Source: Gekko japonicus (lineage: Eukaryota). Taken from it: a DNA stretch of 64,000 bases. A model generated the notes under the pieces. The model was not told the origin of the DNA and did no database searches. It saw only the letters and a program-made list of their open reading frames with translations. Of this stretch, positions 12,413 through 23,500 are shown in pieces; within the stretch, counting starts at the first letter, position 1; each line of letters begins with the position of its first letter. Both the position numbers and the translations under genes were made by a program. The DNA lies in assembly GCF_001447785.1 (NCBI RefSeq), contig NW_015176464.1, positions 248,001-312,000 on the forward strand, given 5' to 3'.

Positions 12413-15400
12413 ATGGCTCACTGGAATCTCTCTCTTCTCTTCGGCTCCACAGTCCTTTGGGCCACGCTGATTCCACGCAGTGCCTTTCCGACAGGGGCTC
12501 CTGCCTCGGCCTGTGAGAATATGTTACCTGTGCACACTGGGGTCCAGCCCCAACAAACTCGGTCTCCCTATGAATTTCTGGTGAGCTCACCGTCTTTCCT
12601 AAATGGGCAACCAATTAACAGTAAGTGCCTCTTTCTAGCTTTTGTTGAAATCTTTTGCTTCAAGCCTATAATATCAGAACGACCAAGTGAGGAGATTACT
12701 TTTATCATCCCTAATTCGTTTGGTTATGCTAGTAATTGAAGATATTTCCTTAATAAGCACTAAGGGCTGGAGAATGTTTCTGACCTGGCTTTTGATGGCT
12801 GGTGGCTACTAGGTAGGGTTGCCAACTCTGGGTTGTGAAATTGCTGGCAATTGGGTGGGTGGGTGGCAATGTTCCCTTTAAGCTGTGGAGTCTTGTGAGC
12901 AAAAATTCTACTTTGTGAGCTACTGGCATTAAAGTTGTGAGTGAGCCATTTGGCTGCTACATAAATCAGTTTGCTTTGGAGCCATCCTTCCTGAGCTAAG
13001 ACAAAAATGTGTGAGCCGGAGGCTAAAAATCTGTGAGCTGGCTCACACTAACTCAGCTTAGAGGGAACTATGGTGGGTGGGTGGGCAGGGTTTGGGGAGG
13101 GAGGGAGCTTACCCGGCTGTAATTTCATAGAGTCCATCTTCAAAGTAGCCATTTTCTCCAGGAGAGCTGATCTCTTTGACCTGGAGACCAGTTGTAATTC
13201 CAGGAGATCTCCAGCTACCACCTGGACAATGGCAACCCTAGATTAGTTTGGAAGCTTTAAGGGAAGATGGCTGAAAGGGAAAATCATCAAAGGCTACAAT
13301 AAATCAAATAAATAAATAAATATTTGCTTTAGGGGAAAGTACTGCTGCTTTATAGACTAGCACTGAACATCTGGGCATGCACACCTCAACATTACAGACC
13401 AGTTATTACGAAACGGTGGCTTGGATCCCACAGAAAATCTTCACTGAGGGAAGGAATTTCCTCACTTTCTTTGGCACACTGTAGCCCATAATACCCCATG
13501 AAATTCTGTTGGCGGACAATGCTCCTAGCCTGGCTGCATATTAGAAGGTCAGATTGACTAGTTTGGTGTAGTGCCAGTTTGGTGTAGTGGTTAAGTGCGC
13601 GGACTCTAATCTGGGAGAACCAGGTTTGATTCCCCATTTCTCCACTTGCACCTGCTGGATGACCTTGGGCAAGCCATAGTTCTGTCAGTGCTGGTCTTGA
13701 AAAGAGCAGTTTCTGCCAGAGCTCTCTCAGCCCCACCTACCTCACAGGGTGTCTGTTGTGGGGAGGGGGAGGGAAAGGCGTTTGTAAGCTGCTCTGAGAT
13801 TCCTTTGGGTAGTGAAGGGCGGGGTATAAATCCAATCTCTTCTCTTCTTCTCTTCTCTTCTAGTTAAAAGCATTTCTAATGCTGTCCATCCTTCAGGGCA
13901 AGTTGCAGCCATTTTAAAAACACAAAATGTAGTAAACAAAGCCTCCAGCCAAGAAAGCAGCTCTTAGTTTCTCTTGTATCAGAAAAGTTAAAACCAACAT
14001 AATTTGGAAAAAGAAAACAACCCAATTTAAGACTGAGGCTGGCCAGACCCTTGGGAAAAGGATGTTTGAAACAGTGAAATGCCAGCAAAGATAGGGTGAA
14101 GTGGACCTCCATTGGGAGGGAATTCCAGAGCTGTGCAGGCACTGTAGAGAAGGCTTGGTCTCCTGCAGCACATATCAGATGGTGGGGCGCATAGAGAAGT
14201 CCCTCTAGGGTTATATAACCTTTTCCCACTCAGATTCACTCAGTTCCCTTCTCCTTACTGCACCTCATAGGCTTTTGTCCATGCAAAGAGCAATACTCTT
14301 CAGAATCGCCTTTTTGTGGTTAAAGTGGAGATCCCTCCCTTTTTCAGCAGCAGAAAAGGTGATTATATCGAGCCCCGATTTCAGTCCCGAAGTCTATAGG
14401 AGGTGAAGTAAGATAGTCTGAATGTGGCACTGGTGACCAAGCTGTCTTGCTGGAAAGTTTTTTCTTCATTAAGAAACCCATGATGTGCTTTGAAGGAACC
14501 CTGGATATGTTTGGGTATTATAGATTAATCCAGAGGACCATAGTTTTCTATGCTTGAAAGAGCACTCAGACATGGTTCACACGTGCAGGAGAATTAGATG
14601 GTAGAAGGACACGAGGTGGTAGAATAACATACTAAAAATGTTGAGCAACTAAAATAGATTTTGCCATGTCAGCCTTGCACTGTTAGATGAAAACTAGCAC
14701 TTAGATGAAAGGCCTCCTCTCTTTGTTGGCTGTGCTAGTTCTCTATTTGCAAGGAGGCTAAAATAGATTTTGCCATGTCGGCCTATGGGGTGGGGGTGGA
14801 TACTAGCTTTGAATATTCCTTGAAAGAAAGAAAACTAGCACTGTTAGATGAAAGGCCTTCTCTCTTTGCTGGCTGTGCTAGTTCTCTATTTGCAAGGAGT
14901 CCTTAAACGTCAGTGAACATTACAAAATGTGATCCTCTATCCTCCGTTTGTTTTATGAAGTGGCATGATCCGTTCTACCACCCTGAGTCTCTGCCACCTC
15001 ATTGCCCGTTCCATGTATGAGCCCAGCCTATGGCAGTTTGATGAGTGTGATCTTTGGCTTGGAGCCAATCAGAATTTCCTGTGGGTGGTAGGGCTTCTGC
15101 CCATGGATCACGACTTTCCTACTTTCCCATCTCCCACTGCAGCCTGAAATACCCCCTTGAAATGCTGGCACACACCCCCGGTCCATGTAGATCTGTGTGA
15201 CAGGATCCATCCCCCTGTTCTCTCTTTAGTTCAGATCCTTGGGCCTGCATACAGAGGACTGTTGTTAGAGGCTCGCTCATTTGGATCCAACACTGCACTG
15301 GGCTTTTGGAAGACTCCACCCAACAACACAAAATTCTTGCAGGTAAGAGACACAAAGTCATTCCTCTTTTCTAGCCCAGAGGTCCTGAAATTCAAGCAGA

Positions 15401-18400
15401 AAGCCTACAGATTGAACTGTACAATTCTAAAATAATGGATTCAGTTTGGTTTTAATTGGTTCTGCCACCCATGTTTTTCTTAAATATTATTCGATCGTCT
15501 GGCTCTTATATGGCACCCCCAATGTCCCCCCTTCACAACTTCTGACTAGGTCCCCATCTTCATAGTTTCAGTAAATTGGCTGTTATCTGATGTTCTCAGA
15601 CTATTCACTGGTTCCAGGGATGGAAATTTCTTACCAGTACTGTCTTCTTTTAGTGGGCTTGAAGCAGAGGAAGATAACGTACACCCTGCTGGGTTCCCTG
15701 ATGCTGTGCAAATGAGCTTGGCCCCCACAGCCATGCTCTAGTGAATTGGCTAATGATGGCAACTTGTTTAGCCCAAAGGGCTGTGCTAAAACTGTTTCAT
15801 AAACCGTACATAATTTTATTAACATAAGTGGAAAACGGAATGCTATTAGATTGCCATGATATTTGGAGGGACCAGCCAGCAGGAGAGACCAAGGGCCCTG
15901 CAACTACTACTTCCACATCTCTGCAGAAACCAGACCTCCTTATAATCATGTTAATATTACAGGAGGGGAGGCTGGGATCCTCAGGGCTGTTTGAAGATAC
16001 AGCCCTAAAGGGCTTGGGTATGCCCAGTGGGATTTCTGATCAACAGCTTCCCAGTTCCTGTTGCATAACATGCTTTTGGAAGCCCTTCTCAGGGACAAAG
16101 CACTTGGCTATGTAGCATGATGGGAGGCTGCTCAACACGCACAAATCCAGAGGCTCCTTGGGCAGACAGAGCTAGCTGTTCTCTGGATACTGACATGGTC
16201 ATTGTGACTAGGAGAATGGGGGGTGGGGACAAGACTGTAGGGAGCCTGATCACCTTGGGGACCTATGGAGCCTGGGAAGTCATGTTTTGTTTGGGTCCAA
16301 GCGGTGGAGGGGGGAAATCTTTGGCTGGGGACCCCCAGGCTGACAGCAGCCCCTGGATGCCAACCAATGATACTATAAACTCAACACTATACTTCAGTGG
16401 TGTGCCAGCCTTTTGAGGAACACTAACCATGAGCTGAGCCTCCTCTAAAGCAATGAGAACTAGAAGATGATATTTCGCTTTAAGAAAGTTGGGAGATCTA
16501 GGGACAAAATATACGTAATGCTGGGGATCTGCGATTAGATTCTCCCCTACATAATTTAGGTGCAAAAAAGCAGCTGTCGGGTGAGGGAGGAATGGGGCCT
16601 GCACAGAATGACAATGTGATGTGCAGAATACCCTTTAGAATGAGAAAAGCTTGCACAGCCACTGTTGTACAGATTATGTAAATAGCTTTCTCCTCCTTTG
16701 CAGTGCTCTGGAAACCCACGTGGAGCAGTGACTCATTCCAACACCAATATAAAAACAAGGCAGACTACTTATACATGGCTCCCACCTAACTCTGGCTGCC
16801 CCCCAGTGGTTATGTTCATGTAAGTTTCACGCATTCTTTTAAAACACTGGCGCCTTTCTTTAAATGTATTTTAGCTCCATCCCTTGTAGAAGCAGAAAGT
16901 TATTTAAATGCACATAAAAGCTGCCAAGAAACTAACACAAGCTTCTTTCTCACTGTTCACTTCACAATAATTTCATTCTTCCAGGATGTAGAGGGTGTGT
17001 TTTTTTAAGTAGAAAGAATGTTCAGAAATTGAATCAAAGCAGTTACAAACGGTCCCATCCCCATACACATAAGAAGTGCCCTGCTGGATCAGACAAGTGG
17101 TCCATCTCGTCCAGCATCCTGTTTGACACAGAGGCCACAAACAGGACATAGAGCCAAAGGCCTTCCCCTGGGGCTGCCTCTTAGCACAAATATTAAGAGG
17201 TCTGCTGCCTCTGAAGGCAAAGGATCCCTTTCATCATCATGGCTAAGATGTTGATGGACCTCTCCTGCACAAATCTGTCTCATCCCCTTTTAAAGTTACT
17301 TATGCTTGTGAGCACCACTATGCAGCGCATTTCACAATTACTTGTTCAGTGAGAAGAGTACTTCCTTTTTTCTATCCTAAATATATTGCCCCATCAATTT
17401 AATTGGGTGTACCAGAGTTCTAGTGTTAACTGAGAGGGCATTCTCTCTGTCCATTCTCTGCACCCCATGCATAATTCTGTAAACCTCTATAATGGCAGAT
17501 TGCAAAGGTCTATTTCTCAATGTATATTATAAACTGTGTCTCCCCCCCTTCTCCACTTTTTTTGAATCAGGGCAACGGTCGCCCAGTCTCATGATTTCTA
17601 CTGGACCAATGTCAAGTCTAAAGTGATCTGGAAAAGTGAGTAACTCTCTAAATTGCTATTTTGAAATAAGACCCTGCTTTCAAGGTCAGTAACTGCTTCC
17701 ACTAAAATAGCACATTCTGCATGGAAAGAATACCTTCTGTTTGGGAGAGCAAGACAGCATTGCATTTGTCATTACAGATCTGATCCCTCTACTCGGAATC
17801 AAAAGGAGGGTTTCCTGTTTATCTAGCAAGTCTTGGCATTTCTGCCACAGTGCATGGTTCCCCATTAGTGCAAAAAGTGGAGTATGCACAAAGTAAATAA
17901 ATTAATGTCACTCCTGAGCAGTGTTCCCTCTAAGCTGAGTTAGTGTGAGCTAGCTCACAGTTTTTTAGCCTCCAGCTCACACATTTCTGTCTTAGCTCAG
18001 GAAGGATGGCTCCAGGGCAAACTAATTTGTGCAGTAGCCAAATTGCTCGCTCACAACGTTAATGCCAGTAGCTGACAAAGTAGAATTTTTGCTCGCAGGA
18101 CTCCATAGCTTAGAGGGAGCATTGCTCCTGAGCTGTTTAGAGAAAGAACAGAATAAAAATGAGATAAATCCAAGAAAATTGTTACAGCTATCATGATCAC
18201 TAATTTGGACCTCCAAGTATATATATTTGACTAGCAGGAGGTTAGGAAGGATATCACCTGCATACATTATCTCTGTCCATCTGGTTGGTCTTGGAAACAG
18301 GGTGTAGTGGACTGAATGACCCTTGGTCTGATTCAGAAAGACAGTTCTTAATGTCCTTGAGTGAAGGTGATGGACAAAATTGAACCTCTGATTTTATATG

Positions 18401-18556
18401 GTTTCAACTTTAGCCCAGACTAGAAAAATCTTAATCTAATTTTCTTTCTATATTACAGATCCCAAAGCTACATGTGGAGCTGAGATGCTGGCCAGAACAT
18501 GGCCTGCTGCAGCACTGTTACCATCTCTGCTGCTGATTTTCCTTGTATACCTTTAG
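12413..18556 (+). CDS. Secreted, probably GPI-anchored single reeler-domain protein (putative defense protein / FRRS1 N-terminus-like), 5 exons, 199 aa
   Basis: Exons 12413-12620, 15230-15342, 16704-16819, 17571-17635, 18459-18556; all GT-AG and phase-compatible. Signal peptide followed by reeler motifs FPTGAPASACENMLPVH, YRGLLLEAR, GFW, CSGNPRGAVTHSN, YTWLPP, FMATVAQSHDFYW; C-terminal hydrophobic tail AAALLPSLLLIFLVYL*. AATAAA at 18822-18827. Confidence 0.88.
12867..13072. mobile_element. ~205-bp hAT MITE (TIR CARTGTTCCCTCTAAG), nested in another MITE
   Basis: 8-bp TSD GTGGGTGG. Confidence 0.85.
13573..13861 (+). mobile_element. Squam3-like SINE
   Basis: Same family; TCT-rich tail; short duplication of the head at 13560-13573. 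Confidence 0.85.
17067..17492 (-). mobile_element. CR1 LINE 3' fragment
   Basis: ACATAAGAAG...CTGCTGGATCAGAC...GGTCCATC..GTCCAGCATC is the reverse complement of the CR1 3' end seen at ~28900-28970. Confidence 0.7.
17919..18124. mobile_element. ~205-bp hAT MITE
   Basis: TIRs; 8-bp TSD CTCCTGAG. Confidence 0.88.
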
Positions 18557-19478
18557 AGACCCTTACAAGAAGGGCTACTTATTAGTTGTGAATGAATCAA
18601 AACAGAGTTATCATTTTTGTTTAAATATAGGGGGAAATCCTCTTTTCAGCTCTTCCCTAAGACATGAATGATGTTCCAGCAGGCAACTTTATATAGAGTT
18701 TCTGTTTCTTATAATATAGGGCAACTTTTCTAGCCCCTAGAATGGGAGATGTGAAAACAGGACATTTTGTATTTAGTGAAAATATGATTCCATTGGTAAC
18801 ACTATAGATTTTCAGTGTCCCAATAAATCCTATCACAGATTTTCCACATTATCTGGTTTGCTGTAGAACTTTTCAGATTTATTGTAGCCATGGTTTGAAA
18901 CTACTGAATAAATGTCACTTAGTCAAGCTTACCCAGATCTGAAAAATTTATCTCAAGTTAATGGAACCATTAATGGTCAGGACTATAGTTAAGTCTGCCC
19001 TTACAGGAAAGAATATTTGAGCATACAGTGAAATAGATATGAAATGTTAACACACCTGATGCAGGTGTTAGCATAATCTTGCATGAAGAAGAATCCTTCA
19101 GAAATTATTGCCAGTACTTTGAATCAGGATTTGGAAGAGGAAATGGGGATGCCCAAGCACAAGACTATCAGTCTCCTCCTTAACCAGACGGATAGAAGCA
19201 TGGCCTCCCCCTATATAGCTTAGGACCAAGGTATTTGAAGAACTACCTGCTCTTTTATATATAGCCTGGACACTGATTTCATATTTACAGGCCATGGTTT
19301 TGTATGTGTGTGTGTCTTCTCTCTCCCCCACCCCGCACTGAGGTAAGGTGTGCAGTCAGAAAGACAAGGCCTTCTCAGCTTTGGCACCCAAGCTTTGGAA
19401 TGCCCATCCTGTCAATCATTGTTTGCTGCCTGCTATAGCATTTCAGGAATGTAGCCACATCAATCTGTTGTAGTAGAA

Positions 19479-19664
19479 CAAAATTCGAGTCCAGTAGCAC
19501 CTTAAAGGCCAACAAACTTTTTCAGGGTATGAACTTCCATGAGTCAAAGTTCACTTTGTCAGACAAACTCTCATCTGTATCTGATGAAGTCACCTAGGAC
19601 TCACAAAACTTTATACCCTAGAAAATATAATTGGTCTGTAAGATGCTACTGGACTTGTATTTTG
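19479..19664. repeat. Inverted pair of Penelope terminal repeats with degenerate hammerhead motifs
   Basis: Arms ~19479-19564 and ~19579-19664 are imperfect reverse complements; CTGATGA at 19581-19587. Confidence 0.6.
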
Positions 19665-20184
19665 CCTGCCAGAGCTGAGCTAAGACTTAGTCTGCCCCTC
19701 CCCCATGTTTAATGGTTCATTTTCTTCACTTTTACTCTTGTTGCTACTGTTTTAATAGACTGGAGATCTGTTTTAGAATAATTTTAGCTTTTACCTTTTT
19801 AAATAGATACATACATTGTGAGCCCCACAACTTGAAAACTACAGATTTTGGGCTTTGCCACAGTATTTCAAGTGAGTAGCCATATCACTCTGTAGAAGCA
19901 GAACATGCCTTGAAACAACTGAAATTGGAAAACAGATCCAACTAGACTTGTACTATACAAGTATAGTATAGTACTAGACAGTACTATACTCAGTACTGGA
20001 TGAAAAAACAACAACAGGTTTTCAAGCTGCTGAGACAAAGGAAGGGAGGGAGGAATTTTCCGTTCTGAATATAAAAGGTAATGATTTGTCAAAAGTCTCT
20101 CCAGCAATCAGTGAGACAAGCATAAGGTGGGGGGATGGGACAATGGACCTTATATTCATAAATTGGAGATTAATTTAAGATGAT

Positions 20185-20390
20185 TCTCCACTCCTCCACA
20201 TGCAGCTGCTGGTGTGACCTTGGATCAGTCATAAGTTCTCTCAGAGCTGTTCTCTCAAGGGCAGTTCTCAAAAGAGCTCTCTCAGCCCCACCTACCTCAC
20301 AGGGTGTCTGTTGTGGGGAGGGGAAGGGAAAGGGATTGTAAGCTGCTCTGAGACTCCTTCAGGTAGTGAAAGACAATCTCCTCCTCTTTT
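20185..20390 (+). mobile_element. 5'-truncated Squam3-like SINE
   Basis: Body CTCTCTCAGCCCCACCTACCTCACAGGGTGTCTGTTGTGGGG. Confidence 0.75.
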
Positions 20391-20517
20391 TTATTTCTTG
20401 GAAGTTAGACATTTATGTCCCCCATTCTCAAGTCTATACTCAGTATGAGGTACACTTTGTCAAATACATATTTATTGATATTAGGCTGGTTCTGGTAGAA
20501 TTCATCATGCCATGGGT

Positions 20518-23500
20518 TTAGTCAATGTTCTCCAAGCCCTGAAAAATACAAAGTTAGACAAAGTTAAAGGCTTCTGCCAGATATAACATTGATGCTATCC
20601 ACCAGTTAACAAATCCCTTTCTAAGGAACTTCTCTGCTTATTTTTGCTAACAACAGAAAGGCAGTGAGATCCTATGCAGGCAATCTTTCTGCCTAGTTCC
20701 CCTCCCCCTGTGCAGTCTTCTGTTTCTCCCACATGCCCCCTAGGTTGTTTAGCAGACCCCCAGGGACAGCATGAGGGTTTAAGTATGAGGCTGCCATGAG
20801 AGGGGAGGAATCAGTGAAAATCACCTCCCTTTCTGAGTGGAAGTATCTGCTCCCCGCACTTCTTGGGTGCAGCATCAGGCAGGCAAGCTCTTTTGTAACA
20901 TCAGGAGTTGAGCCATAACAGCTATTCTGGTTGGCATTGGCTCCGCTGCTGTGATGTCACAGAGAGTCCTGCTAGCTTCAGCCTGGGCAGACTGTTCTTT
21001 GACAGGCATCTCATGCCAAAGCAACGAAATCTGGCACAAGAGGGGTGAGAATCACTGTAATGGATCTTGTTGTGGAGTCACTTTACATACAAGGTTCCAT
21101 AATGTGAAGATCAAATCATCAGCACCTAGGAAAAAAAATTGGTTGCTGAATTCTCTATTTTAGTACCTTAGAAACTCATCCATCTTATGGGAAATTTTCA
21201 GAGGGATATGGTTCTGTCCCAGTGATAATTTTAAAAAAAAAATCATCTACAAGAAAGTCCATGACTATGATGCAATCCACAATGGTTGACTAGGCTCAGA
21301 ATGCCTCTTGGAGGAATGGATAAAGCACAGGATATGAATTATGAGGGCCCATGAGTAACATTTACCAAATTAAATAACATAAGCATCATGTGGATGCTCT
21401 GGACACTAAACAACACTTTGTGGACAAGGACAAGCCATTTGCAGAAAATAGACAAGACATCCCTTAAGTCCATAGAGTCCAGAGTCTATACTGATACTAG
21501 TCAAGAAAATCAGCCTTATTTCTTGTGCCCTGAACCCACCAGCTGCTCCCTGTGGCCTCCAAGACCCCCCTATGGTCATTTGCTTAGATAACAGTGGCTG
21601 TTTTTTGTGTATGCGCCCAGTATCATGAGGTAATATGGCAGTCAGTAGCCAGCAGCCATTGGAAGTGACAAAGAAAGGCTGGGAGAGGAATAATGGTGAA
21701 CAGTTAGGAGCCAGTGATGTGCTGTGGCCGGTGTGTTAGAAAAGGAAGACCTGGGTTCAAATCCCTACTCAGCCACAAAGCACACTGGTGACTTCAGTCC
21801 CCCGTGTCTCAGCCTAATCTAACTCAAAGGTTATAAGGATAAAGCAGAGAAGGAGAGAATCAGGTACACTGCTCTGAGCTCATCAGAAGAAAGAGGAGAA
21901 GAAAAAGTAATAATTAGATGAGGCGGCTGTTGGGCTAATAAGGAACCAAGGTCTGTTAGCTGTGTCCTCAGGCATCATACAGCAACACTGCACAAAAGAA
22001 AGGAAAGCAGGAAAAATGAGCAAGAAGTGGACTTCATGAACTCAAGAAAGCATTCTTCCCCCCCACCCACAAAAGTCTAATCTGTGAATGAGCCAGTCTC
22101 ACACCATAAATAATGTCAGCATCCAGAATTTCTACAACATTTCTTCATCCAGCACTCAGCACCGTTATTTTATCAATGACTTGTTTTCTGCCTGAAGGCC
22201 ACATCCTACTCTGGTTTCTCCATGAGATGGATGGCTGTGAACACAGGGGTGGAAACTAGTCAGAGGGTCAAAAATACTGATTTTATTGACCAAAAAGAAC
22301 CGGCCAGCAGCCTGCCATCCCTGGTGGAGGGCGTGTCAGGCTGGGTGTTGGAACACCCTAGACCGATTGTCCTGCGTGATTTCAATGTCCATGAGGACGA
22401 TGTGGCCCCCACTCAGGTGATGGACCTAGTGTCATCCATGGTGGCACTGGGACTCTCCCAATATGTAACAACTCCCACTCGCCGAGCCGGACACACGCTT
22501 GATCTGATCTTCGCAGCAGGGGTCATGGTGGATTGAGTTGGACCATCTGAATGTTTCACCCCGATCCTGTTTGGGTGGCAAGCAGATTTCAGCTTGCCCA
22601 CAGAGCCAAATGGACCCTATGTGGCTTCAAATGGCCCTGTGGGATCCAATGCCCCCCTGGTGGCTCATTAGATGAGCTTGTGGAGGATTGGCATAGCTGA
22701 CTCTCAGCAGCCATTAATGAGATCACTTCTCGACGCCCTTGACGCCTTCACTCTAGACTGGCTCCTTGGTTTACCCGGGAGTTGCGGCTGATGAAGCGAA
22801 GGCTAAGATGGCTAGAGAGACAGTAGCGGTGCGCCTGCAATGAAGCCACAAGAACATCTTATAGGACGTTTATGAGATCCTATGAGGTGGCAGTCAAAGC
22901 CGCTGAGAGTATTATGCAGCCACGATTGCGTCTGAAAGTTCATGCCCAGCCTAATAATCGGTCTATGACTGTTCTGCCACAAGGCAGACCAAATGTTAGG
23001 GAATTGGACACTGGCTGTGAGGCCTTTGCAAGCTACTTTGCAGATAAAGTCCTCTCACTCCGCCGTAACCTCCCCACCACAGTTGATACAGTAAGTGAAC
23101 TTGAGGCTCCATGAAGGTCTTCTAGTCAGGTTATGGATTATTTCAGTTTGCTCAGCCTGGAGGAAGTTGACAAACTGCTCTCAACTGTACACCCTACCAT
23201 GTGCTGCCTTGACCCATGCTCATCATGGCTAATTAAAGCTGGCCGTGATGGGTTTCGAGATGTCCTAAGAGAGATTATTAATAAATCCCTCTCAGAGGGA
23301 CAGTTCCCTAGGGCACTCAAGGAAGCTGTGGTTCATCCCCTCCTGAAAAAGCCATCTCTGGATCTGGCCGAATTGGCTAATTACCGGCCGGTCTTCAATC
23401 TGCCCTATTTGGGCAAAATAATTGAGAGGGCCATGGCACTTCAGCTACAGAGCTTTTTAGATGACACTTCTATATCCTTTCCAGTCCGGTTTCCGCCCAA

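Noticed and set aside
13573-13640. tRNA-like A/B boxes (also at other SINE heads)
   Set aside because: These are SINE heads followed by SINE body and tail, not tRNA genes.
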